Assembly (NCBI GenBank): GCA_038087875.1
Contig: CM075990.1
Span: 8,744,001 to 8,808,000, forward strand
Origin: Malacoraja senta
Lineage: Eukaryota
Reading direction: 5' to 3'
Length of the DNA: 64,000 bases
Of this stretch, positions 38,380 to 50,080 are shown in pieces. The notes under the pieces were generated by a model, which was not told the DNA's origin, made no database searches, and saw nothing but the letters and a program-made list of their open reading frames with translations. The translations under genes and the position numbers were made by a program. Each line of letters begins with the position of its first letter. The first letter of the stretch is position 1.

Positions 38380-38850
38380 GTCATAAGGTCACAAGTGATA
38401 GGGGTAGAATTAGGCCATTCGGCCCATTAAGTCTACTCCACCATTCAATCATGGTTGACCTATCTCTCCCTCCTAACCCCATCCTCCTGCCTTCTCCCCA
38501 GAACCTCTGACACCCGTACTAATCAAGAATCTATCTCTCTGCCTTAAATATATCCACTGCCTTGGCCTCCACAGCCTTCTGTGGCAAAGAATTTCACAGA
38601 TTCACCACCCTCTGACTAAAGAAATGTCTCCTCATCTCCTTCCTAAAAGAACATCCTTTAATTCTGAGGCTGTAACCTCTAGTCCTAGACTCTTGCACTA
38701 GTGGAAGCATCATCTCCACATCCACTCTATCCAAGCCTTTCACTATTCTGTACGTTTCAATGAGGTCCCCCCTCATTCTTCTAAACTCCAGCGAATGCAT
38801 GCCCAGTTCCGACAAAGGCTCGTCATAGGTTAATCTACTCATTCCTGGGA
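38380..38850 (-). mobile_element. CR1/HER1-type LINE 3' fragment
   Basis: PGMSRLTYDE...SLEFRRMRGDLIETYRIVKGLDRVDVE. Confidence 0.9.
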
Positions 38851-39859
38851 CGATGCTTGTAAATATAATCACAATATAGTAAGCGATCTTCCCAATATAT
38901 CACCCTGGTGTCGTTCTCTGCCCTCCGTCCACGAGATGACCTTGTGCTCACCTTCTTGCCCCAGCACGAACTCTCAGCCTTATTCTCACCTCCTGCACCT
39001 TGAGCCCAATTTGAAGGCAGCACTCAGGGAGCAAGAGAAATCCAGCACCAATCTGAACAAAATTACCGCACCTCTAAAAATAGACCATTATGACTCAACA
39101 TCCCCCAGGACAATGACAGACTTGTGGGGTTAGTAGACAAAATTAATAGTTAAGGTCTTTGGCTTCCACCAAACTATTAATAGAATAGAATAGAATAGAA
39201 TAGAATTCTCATTAAATATTCTCATTAAAAATATTTCACAGTGAAATAGAAGGAGCATGGAGTTTGTACCAGAGTGGCACAATTGTAGAGCTGCATCTTA
39301 CTTCGCGAGTGACCTGCATTCAATTGTGGAGTTTGCATGTTCTGCCTGTGACCGTATGGGTTTGCCCTGGGTGCTCTGGTTTCATCCCACATGCTGGTTG
39401 GTAGATTCATTGGCCACAGTCAATTGCCTCTGTGTGTGGGAAAGTGTTAGAATCTGTGGGAGTCGATGTGATCAGTTAGATTAGTACAAACCAAATGTTT
39501 GATTGCTGGCATGGACTCATTGGGCCAAACGACCCCTCTTCCAGCTCTATAGGCCGAGGAACAACATGTCTAAACACAGTATGAATTATGAATCATTCTC
39601 TGCCAGGGACACTAAACTAAAACATTACTACTTTCAGCAAAATGGGGGAAGGTTTTCAAATGACACAATAATAACAGCCACTAGTTGACCAGTGTTAATT
39701 TTCACCACATTTTCTTTTCATAGTCATACAGCATGGAAACAGGCCATTTGGCCCAACTGTGTAGGTCCTGCCCATGTTAGACTTGCCAAAATGTAACACG
39801 TCATATTTCTCTGTATTAAATTCCATCAACCATTCCTCAGCCAACCATTTCTGCCTATA

Positions 39860-40070
39860 TGTGTAGGAAGGAACTGCCATTGCTGGTTTAAATTAAGATA
39901 GACACAAAATGCTGTAGTAACTCAGCCGGACAGGCAGCATCTATGGAGAGAAGAAATGGGTGATGTTTCGGGTCGAGACCCTCAGTCCGAAGAAGGATCT
40001 CGACCCGAAAAGTCACCCATTCCTTCCCTCCAGAGATGCTGCCTGTCCAGCTGAGTTACTACAGCATTTA
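39860..40070. mobile_element. Penelope-derived fold-back repeat
   Basis: Inverted arms around the hammerhead-like core. Confidence 0.8.
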
Positions 40071-40599
40071 TGCCGATATTCTGTGTTTGCTACATTCAGC
40101 CAGTGAAAACAATATTCCTGCCTAAGTGTTTTAATAAATCTCCTCTTATTACAATGGACGAGCAGCTCACAATGCTGAGCAATGCAACACTGACAATGGA
40201 CCTACACTGAGAAATGGGCGATCTATGGAAATATATTTATTACATCGACTGAAGTTTGGATGTGACTCCAAAGAGAAGTAGCATCATTAAGTCTGCTGGC
40301 TAGAAGCAGCCAATACCTCCGTCGATACAAACATCTGCCTGTCATCTCCAACATCTGGCAAAGCACCCACCTAGATGACATAAAGAACGCTGTCTGACTT
40401 TCATTCCTTATTCTACCACTTTATTGGTGTGTTGCTTTTGTTGCCAATGTTCAAAAATTAATCTTCAGATCCAATGAATGAGTTACACATTGCTGTCAGG
40501 AGCATTGAAGTGTGTTTTCCTGGAAAATGAAATTAACGTTTTCTTGGTGATTTTCATAGTCGAAATCCAGCCTTGGACAGAGTCGAGTACCGACAGCAA

Positions 40600-41000
40600 G
40601 AGGAGGGCAGGAGGTTGAGGGATAATCACGTAGAGGTGTACAAAACCATGCGAGGAATAGATCGGGTAGGTGCTCAGTGTCTCTTGCCCAGAGTAGGTGA
40701 ATCGAGGACTTAGGTTTAAGGTGAAGGGAAAAAGATTTACTCGGAATCTGAGGGGTAACTTTTTCACACTAAGGGTGATGGGAGTATGGAATGAGCTGTC
40801 AGATGAGTTAGTTGAGGCTGCGACTATCCCAACGTTTAAGAAACAGTTAGACAGGTACATGGATAGGACAGGTTTGGAGGGATATGGGCCAAACGTGGGC
40901 AGGTGGGACTAGTGTAGCTGGGACATTTTGACCAGCATGAGCAAGATGGAACAAAGGGCCATTTCCACACTGTATAACTCTATGACACTATGACTCTAGC
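40600..41000 (+). mobile_element. CR1-type LINE 3' fragment
   Basis: FKVKGKRFTRNLRGNFFTLRVMGVWNEL. Confidence 0.85.
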
Positions 41001-41259
41001 AGAGAACTACATTCCTCAGCCAAGTGATTACAGCTGAATTTCAGTCACTGTTCAATTATGTAGGGGATATGCACAGAAAAACCCCACAAACAGCAAAGAG
41101 GAATATTAATCTGCTTTTTCATGGCAGGGATTGAAAGTTAACTGACCCACAGGACAGATTCAGAGAGAAACAGAGAGAATGTGAATCTGCAGACAGAAGC
41201 GACATTTTAGCAATGTTTATAATAATAATAATAATAATCTAATATATATTTGTACATTT

Positions 41260-41487
41260 ATACGTTCTCACCGTGACCGCGTGGGTTTTCTCCAAAATCT
41301 ACAGTTTCCTCCCACACTCCAAAGATGTACAGGTTTGTAGTTAATTGGCTTGGTTTAAATGTAAATTGTCCCTAGTGTGTGTAGGATAGTGTTAATGTGC
41401 GGGGATTGCTGGTCGGTGCGGACTCGGTGGGCCGAAGGGCCTGTTTCCGCACTATCTCTGAACTAAACTAAACTAAGCTAAACTAAT
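41260..41487 (+). mobile_element. HE1-like V-SINE, 5'-truncated
   Basis: Family body plus (ctaaa)n tail. Confidence 0.85.
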
Positions 41488-42679
41488 AATAAGATATAAT
41501 ATATAAAATAATATAAACTAATATAATAATAAAAATAATAATAATAAGATATTAACAAGCACCGAGTGAAGCATATTGAAGAACCATAGCATCCAATGCA
41601 GCTACTGAGGTTTACCTCTGCTGAAACAAACTAATATCAAGGTCACAGGACACTGAAGTGTCTGAGCACAGACATTGAGGACAATCCATGCAAATACCTA
41701 TTACCCAGCTGTTTAACATGTGTTGAACTTTCTCTAGTCTTTGACTAAGAGATTGATTCCCAGTGGCCACAGTACGTGGTATTGTTAATATGTGTTGGAA
41801 GGAACTGCAGATGCTGGTTTAAACCGAAGATCTTTGGTATTGTTAATAATTGTGTTGAGGCCCAGAATTCACAAGACAAGAAAAATGTGAGACAGTTTTC
41901 AGCAATTAAGGGAAATCTGATGTTTATTTTCATGTCTCTGGATCAATTTTTGGTTCATTGCATTGATAACCATGTAGGTGAAGTCTAACTAGTGCCACCA
42001 TCTGCACAGCAATATCAGGGTTTATCCAGAATGTCCTGAAGAAGGGAATAGACAGATGGAATGAATCCCACCCATGTACAGAACACTAAAAGATTAATCA
42101 TTTTGCACAGTATGATTTTTTTTTAAATGAAATTGATATTGCTCTTGGGCTGTGTTTCAAGTCTAGGTTCATCAGAGTCATGTACATCGCTGACAACTGT
42201 TGATTTCAAAGCAGGACCAATATAGGGAGAATGAGGGGGGGGGGGGTATTTTCATGATGCTGTGGGTAATTGCAGCCTTGGCTTGCAAAGCAATCACACT
42301 GAGGCCAGAACTGATCCCACGTCTTTCATGGTCTCGGGATGTCTCGGTACAGCCAACATGCCACGTGGGAAACGCAGCAGCCAATTTTGTGCAGCGAGGT
42401 CCAACAAACAGGAATGTGATGAAGTACAAATAACCTACTCCTGTGACAAAAGGATTGATGTTGGCACTGAAACACGAGGAAATTCTCCAGCTGTCAGAAA
42501 TAATGTCTTGGCATCCTGTCAGAGAGATAGAACTGAGGGAATACTCCAATCGTAGGGTCAGTATTAAGGGATCAATGCACTGTCGGATGTTCGCTCTGAG
42601 AAAGCACAGCACTGTTAGAGAAATTGTGCTGAAATAGAATTGCCCTGCCAGAAATGTAGCTTTATGGGAGCTTTAGACT

Positions 42680-42972
42680 TTAAATTCTAGAGGTGCAGCA
42701 TGGAAACAGGTCGTTCAGCGCCGACCAGCGATCGCCCCGTACAATATCACCAGCCTATGCAGTAGGCAGAGATAATTTACCATTTACAGAAGCCAATTAA
42801 TCTACAACCTGTATGTCTTTGGAGTGTGGGGGGAAACTGGGGAACCTGGAGCAAACCACGCGGTCACAGGGAGAATGTACAAACTCCGTACAGACAGCAA
42901 CCGTAGTCTTGATCGAACTGGGGCCTTTGGTGCGGTAAGGCAGCAACTCTACTGCTGTGCCACTGTGCCATC
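42680..42972 (-). mobile_element. HE1-like V-SINE
   Basis: Family sequence. Confidence 0.8.
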
Positions 42973-43644
42973 CCTTTGCTGAAGAGGCAACAATGAAGGA
43001 GGCCTGCACAGTCAGAGGGATCCTAGTAAGGAATCACACTATAAGAGGAAGAGCACTGAGTGAGCACTGTATGGGATATTTGTATGGAGGTATGTAGATA
43101 AATCATGCCAGCCCATGATATAATGGCATCATCATTTCTGTAGTATCTACGGGCTAGTTATTGGTAGTTTGCAATAAAGTGCGCACTCATGTTTTGAAGG
43201 TTATTTTAAATGGTAATTATTTTTTTAGGATAACGTTACATAGTAATTACCAGCTCCATGTAGAATTACACCACTGGAAAGTGAGGCAAGTCACAACAAC
43301 TGACGCACATTTCCTGCAAGACAAAGAACTGTGTTTTGAAGGAACTCACCGACGCACCCGCTGGGTGCAGCTGATCAAAAGAACTGACCGCAGGAGGGAA
43401 AATGACTGGGTTAACAATTTTTGCTTGGGTGCTCTATGAGTCAATAGCAGCCGGCAGCAATCGAGAAGGAGAAAACTGCGAGAATGGGAATCTGCAGACA
43501 GAAACACTGATGGCAGGACAGTTAAACACAGGAATAACACAGGGAAAAAACACAGGGTGGCATACAGGAATTAAAGAGCTAAGATGCCTTGAGTCCTACA
43601 GCATTAATGTATTGGCAGGATATAGGATAAAATGGCTGCTCATA

Positions 43645-43780
43645 GGTCATGGCCTCAGGATTAAAGGACGCTCCTTTAGGAAGGAGATGAGGATAATTTA
43701 TTTAGTCAGAGGGTGGAGAATCTGTGGAATTCATTACCATAGAAGGTTGTGAAGGCCATCAATGGATATTTTCAAGGCAG

Positions 43781-43876
<96 letters not shown>

Positions 43877-44012
43877 TCTTGATTAGTACGGGTGTCAGTG
43901 GTTACGGGGAGAAGGCAGGAGAATGGGGTTAAGAGGAAGAGATAGATCAGCCAGGATTGAATGCCAGAGTAGTTTGATGGGCCGAATGGCCTAATTTGAC
44001 TCCTATCACATG
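43645..44012 (+). mobile_element. CR1-type 3' fragment containing an expanded (GATA)n microsatellite (43781-43875)
   Basis: CR1 'gcagagatagatagattcttg' site expanded to a long GATA array. Confidence 0.9.
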
Positions 44013-44189
44013 AACTTCTGTACTCATGTGTTGATTGCCCACGTTGGGAATTTGAGTGCCTTTAATATGTCTTTCACGGGAAGCATGGGAATTTTCTTCA
44101 TAGTTAATATTCTTGAAGTGGAGAATGACATTGAAAATGATTAGGCTCAGAATACTGATTTGAGACAATAAAGGAGTATATTTTGTTAA

Positions 44190-44550
44190 TGAAAATTGGC
44201 CCTGAGACCAATCTTGTAGCCCTAAAGAGAGTCAAAGATGTTCCATTCTCAGGAAGAATTGGCAGATTATTTTCATACAGAGCCACTTGAAGTGGAGAGA
44301 TTCAAGTTTGGCATGAACTATCAATGAGCAAGAGTTACAGTGGCAATATCATTGCATTAAAGGATTTGTCTAGACTTTGCAACTTTGGTGAATACTTAAA
44401 CCGTGTGCTGCAGGATAGATTTGTGCTGGCTTTAGTGACAAATGGATTTAGTCTAAATTGTTAAGCACACATTGTCTTAAATTTGATCTGGGTTGCAAAA
44501 TTGAAATCTCAATGGAAAAGGCCACAAAAAATGCCAAGGAATTCACCCAC
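44190..44550 (+). mobile_element. Degenerate Gypsy/Ty3 gag remnant
   Basis: Frameshifted peptides LADYFHTEPLEVERFKF and IIALKDLSRLCNFGEYLNRVLQDRFVLAL match the Gypsy gag pattern ERFKF...L..LA..C.FG..L...LRDR.V.GL. Confidence 0.65.
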
Positions 44551-45093
44551 GGCCAGGCACAAGATCGACCGTAGCCCATAATGACTGCAGTGAGGGAGGG
44601 GGGAGAACAATGGACAATGGGGACTTAGTGTGGGGGGGCACTGTGGGGGTGGGGAGGGGGGAGAACAAAGGAGGAGCCAGCATACTTTGTAACTTTGTTA
44701 GCACCTTAGGTGGCTGCTATTTGCATACCTTGGATATGCAAGCAAATGTGTGTATTTGTGAGCATGTGTATATACAGTATATATATACATACGGTGTATT
44801 ATGTTTACATATTCTGTTGTGCTGCAGCAAGTAAGAATGTCATTGTTCTATCTGGGACATACAACAATAAAGCACTCTTGACTCTCTCTTGACACTTGAG
44901 CCCAGTAATCAAACTTTTGGGACATTTCTTAGTTAAATACAAACAGACTTTGTTTCAATCAAATAACAGCAGCAATCCGGCTTGGCTCCGCATAATTTTA
45001 AATATATCAGCCTCAGGCCACATTTTCAATTCTTGTTTTATCACATTGCAGAATAAAACAATGCCCAATTCACGGAAGGAATTAAATGCCTTA

Positions 45094-46014
45094 TGGGCCT
45101 GTCTCACTTAGGCGACTTTTTAGGCGACTGCAGGAGACCATGCAGTCGCCACATGGTTGCCACATGCTCGCGGGTAGTTGCCGGGGAGTCGCCTTCATAG
45201 TCGTGAGGAGTTCCTGCATTCTGGGAGCTAGTCACGGCCTCATTATGGTCGCCGTGCGACTAGATTGAAGCTGCCATGGAGAGTAGCAAGAATTCTCGAG
45301 CCATAGGTGGGTCGCCAGGAGGTCAAAGATTCTCGTAGGTTCTCGTAGGTTATAGCCGGTGCTGACCGCTGAATTTCATTGGCTCATTGGGAAAAAAAGG
45401 TAAGCAGTAGTTTTCAGAACCAAGGATAACCGACCGGTAATGTTAAATGTCCGCTGAGCTTCACTGTCGTGTATCTCCGGCTTCTTAAAAGTTGTCTCCA
45501 CTCCTTCTCCCCGTTCTCCCCCCTCTCCCCCATTTCCCCCCTCTTTTAAAGGCCTTACCATACACTGTGCTTTAGCCGTCTTTTTACAGCGGCAACCTTC
45601 CTGTTCATCGGTGTGTGTGTGTGTTTCAATAGACAATAGGTGCAGGAGTAGGCCATTGAGCCCTTTGAGCCAGCACCGCCATTCAATGTGATCATGGCTG
45701 ATCATCCCCAATCAGTACCCCGTTCTTGCCTTCTCCCCATATCCCCTGACTCCGCTATTTTTAAGAGCCCTGTCTAGCTCTCTCTTGAAAGCATCCAGAG
45801 AACCTGCCTCCTCTGCCCTCTGAGGGCTTTGTACCATGTGAATTTGCACCTTGGCTTTGCACCATGTGAAATTTTTAGACAGCGCTCCCCCCGCTTGCCC
45901 TGTCCCCCGCCTGCATAACGGGCTGGTGAAGGAAGCGATGTGTTTGCGTATGTGTGTTCCACTCTGACAGTCGCCGGCAGTCCACTGAAAAGTCGCCTAA
46001 GTGGGACAGGCCCA
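45094..46014. mobile_element. Harbinger-like non-autonomous transposon containing a CR1 fragment (~45628-45820, minus)
   Basis: TIR tgggcctgtctcacttaggcgactttt / aaaagtcgcctaagtgggacaggccca; TTA TSD (45091-45093 / 46015-46017). Confidence 0.85.
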
Positions 46015-47234
46015 TTAGTCAGTCCTAGCTAATGATATTGCAAGCAAACTGTTCATGGATCCTTTAAATTATCAACTCAAGCATCTGTTGTCATGTTTCC
46101 AAGAATGTTCTGTTATTATCGCCCATGGATTCACTTGCACCAAAGGCTTTAAATGCGGGAGAGTTATGTTTATTGATGTTTCAGACTGTGAAACGAATAA
46201 GAACCACAGGGACTGATATTCCAGACATAAACTGTAAATAAAACATTGAATTAGGATTAGAAATTCAAATCTTCTCCACCCACTCACATTGAAGGAGAGG
46301 CAGTATCCAGGAGAAAGAAAGATGGGGTCAGGAGAAAGAACAGGATGGTGTAGGTCACAGCAATGGGCACAGATTGGGTATTAGGCTGTGGGTGGGTCTG
46401 TGTGTGTGGTGAGAGAGTTGAAGGAGCAGGACAAGTAATGGGCTCAATGTCTTGGACGAAACTGATAGAATCATAGAGTCATACAGCGTGGAAACAGGTC
46501 CTTCGGCCCAACTTGCCCACACCAACTATCAAGCCCATCTATACAAGTCCCACCTGCCTGCATTTGGCCCTTATCTATCTAAATCTATCTTATCCATGTA
46601 CTAATCTAAATGTTTCTTAAACATTGTGATAGTACCTGCCTCGACTACTGCCTCCGGCAGCTCTTTCCACATACCTAACACCCTTTGCGTATAAAAGTTG
46701 TCCCTCAGATTCCTATTAAATCTCCCCCCCCCTCCTTAAAAGGGTGATGGTTGAAAGATGGTTGAAAGAGAGAAGAAGCTTAGATTTTAAGGCTGTATTT
46801 CTTAGTCTAGTACAAACCAATGAAATGTAAGTGAAAATCAAACTCAGCAGCAAGAGAGATTACAGCGGGCAGCAGTTTCATTGAAGTTAGCAGCTTTCTC
46901 CACTGCCACATTATAACTTTTTCATTGCAAAAGCTCCCAGACTGAGGAGGATTTATTATCCACAGCGTTCTTGCAAATCAACATCAGCACATCTTTTCTG
47001 TGAGAGATTACCACCCCAGCTTGGTGCATAGACTCAGCGTTCATAGACCATCCACCTCACCAGATACTGACACAGCATTAACACCTTCTCTCCTGACCCA
47101 GAAGTTTTCTCCACTGAGAATGAGAAAAGTGGTCACGCTGGGAAAGATGGGGAAGAGTTTGGTGCATCCATTAAAACATGTTAGCAAATGATTAATTTTG
47201 AATGATTAATTACCAAATGATTAATGTTAATCAA

Positions 47235-47510
47235 TGTTTAAGAAAGAACTGCAAATGCTGGAAAAATCGAAGGTAGACAAAAATGCTGGAGAAACTAAGC
47301 GGGTGAGGCAGCAACTATGGAGCGAAGGAATAGGTGATGTTTCGGGTCGAGACCCTTCTTCAGACTGATGTGGGGGTGGAGGGGGGGGGGAAGAAGAAAG
47401 GAAGAGGTGGAGACAGTGGACTGTGGGAGAGCTGGGAAGGGGAGGGGAAGGAGGGAGAAAGCAAGGACTACCTGAAATTGTAGGTCAATGTTCATGCCGC
47501 TGGGGTATTG
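47235..47510 (-). mobile_element. Penelope-like element 3' end with hammerhead motif
   Basis: YPSGMNID... endonuclease tail followed by cagtctgaagaagggtctcgacccgaaacatcacc (47333-47367, minus strand). Confidence 0.75.
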
Positions 47511-49919
47511 GATTGGCAACACAGTGACAATGATTCCAGCCCATTGTAACAAGGGTTTTATATTCATTAAATGACAGATCCGTGCGCGTTACAGAGAAAT
47601 TACGTTATTCTTGCAAATGCATAAGAAATAGCCACAAGAAAAGGCTGATCAGTCTTTCAGGTCAGTTCCACCATTCAATAAGATCATAGCTGCTTTTCTA
47701 CTTCAACATTATTTTCATGTGCTATCCTGATATCTGCTAATTCTTCTAATAACGAGTAATATCCAGTTAAATATCAATCTTATTTTATATGGCATCTTTC
47801 TTGGGCTAAGATTCACCATCCTTTAAGTGAAGAAATCTCTCTTCATTTCAATGTTACATGTCCTGCCTCTTATTTATCATCCATGGCCCGTAATTCCAGA
47901 CTCCTCAGCGAGGGAAACACCTTCCTCGTTGTAATTATGTGCTTGGCTACATATCCGTGTAAATCCAAGATACGTTGTGCCATAGTCTACAGATACTTGG
48001 TGGTTTTCAGTAACGCCCAGCTACAGGTAAACTGGAACCCTGTTCATTGTGTATTTGACTGATTCAGTTACATTTCCGGTCATTGGTGACTCCAGGATGT
48101 TATGGTGTCAAAGGGGATGCAATACAAGGGCAAGATCAATAGAGCTGCAATCTCTCTTGTTCATAAGGTCATAAGTGATAGGAGTAGAATTAGGCCATTC
48201 GGCCCATCAAGTCTGCTCCGCCATTCAATCATTGCTGATCTATCTCTCCCGCCTAACCCTATTCTCCTGCCTTCTCCCCACAACCTCTGACACCTTGGAA
48301 ATGGTCATCAAATGAAATTCAGAAGATGCCAATATTACTTGCTAAATCATAAAACATAGAACAGTACTACAGGAACTGGCCCTTCGGCCCACAATGTTTA
48401 CGCCAAACATAATGCCGTAAACTGATCTCATCTGCCTTGCCATCTCCCCCTATTCCATGTACCTATCTAAAACACTCTTAAACGCCACCAGCGTATCTGC
48501 CTCCACCACCAACCTTGGGTCGGTGACCCTTCAATGGAACTGATGTATCAAAGGGTTATTGACTTGAAATATTGAATCTATTGCTCTCTCCACAGATTGC
48601 TGCCTGATCTGCTGAGTATATTTCAGATTTCCAGTATTTGCTGCTTTTGGTTTTCTAGGAAGAGTTTCCTCTAAATTGTCATTAACCAATTTTAACACAG
48701 CTCCGCACAAAATCATTACAAAGAAGGAGATTATTCAGCATATGGATTATGTGTTGTCTCTCACTAAAACTCTCCCAACAATTACATTTCCCTGCTGTGC
48801 AAATTATTCTCCATCACTAACATATCCAATTCCCTTTGAATGCTCTGAGTATATCTATTTGTACCAGCCTCTAGGCAGTGAGTTCCAGACTGTAACAACT
48901 CTATGAGCAAAAACACTTTTTCCTCACATTTTTCATTCTACTCTGTTAAAAGTGTGATTCTGTTCCCCTTGGTCCTTGAGCTATCTGCTCCTGGGGATGG
49001 CATCCCTCTCTTTACTTTAGCTAAACCTACCATAATCTAAAACCTTTATCAAATGTCCTCTCAACCTGCTTTGCTCAGGGAAGTATCTCCAGAATTTCCA
49101 GTTTGACCATACAACTGAAATTCCTATTTCTAGAAACACTGGTAAATATTTTCCACACAATCTCAGCGATTAGATTTGCTGCTTAAGGTTGGAAAGAATG
49201 CTCCATTTATGGTTGATTGTTTAGTACTGACTCAACATAATCCCTGCTTCTGTACTCCATGTCTCTTTCATGCCAGGATCCCATATGCTTTATTAATCAC
49301 TTTCTCAGAGTGCTGAGCCACTCTAAAGGACCCGAATCCTTCTGTTCCTACGCAGGTTTTAGAACTGTAATATATTTTCTCTTCTTATTTCTCTGCACTG
49401 GTGCATCACTTCACCCCATCTGTATTGACTTTCATCTGTCAATTGCCTCCCATTCTGCCATCCTATCCATTCTGCAGTCTACCCCTCATTGATTACATGC
49501 TTCTAACTTTGTCTATCTGCAAAGTTAGAAATGTTACCTAGTTCAAAGTCCTTCATATGTATCAAAGTAGCCTGATCACTGATTGTGAAGAATAATATCG
49601 TCTCCAATCCTACATTCAGGTCCCATTAATTATTTCCGTGGACTTTAGTTTTGCCAACCAACCATGACAGCCATATTTTATCTGTAGTTGCCTTTGGTGA
49701 ATCTGTGCCCACAACAAAACAGCATTTCCTTTTATCAACGGTAAGCTTATCTCAAAATGAAGACAAATCTACCTCAGCATTAAAAGTCACCAGGAAGAAG
49801 CCAAACTAGCAGCCAAACGTCCAAATGTTGCAGACGCAAGATCAAGCAGAGATCAAGATCAAGGTACAACATCTTACTTACTGCACACTTACAACTAGAT
49901 GAAGAATGGACATACTTGT

Positions 49920-50080
49920 CTGAGGAATATTAGTCTGAAGAGTCTGAAGAGTCTGAAGTAGGGTCTCGACCCGAAACATCACCCATTCCTTCTATCCAGC
50001 GATGCTGCCTGGCCCGCTGAGTTACTCCAGCATTTTGTGTCTGTCTTCGTTAAGCCAGCATCCGCAGTTCCTTCCTACAC
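49920..50080 (+). mobile_element. Penelope-derived repeat
   Basis: Ends ...cagttccttcctacac; TSD aatggacat(a/t)cttgt (49905-49919 / 50081-50095); 5' (gtctgaaga)x3 stutter. Confidence 0.8.
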
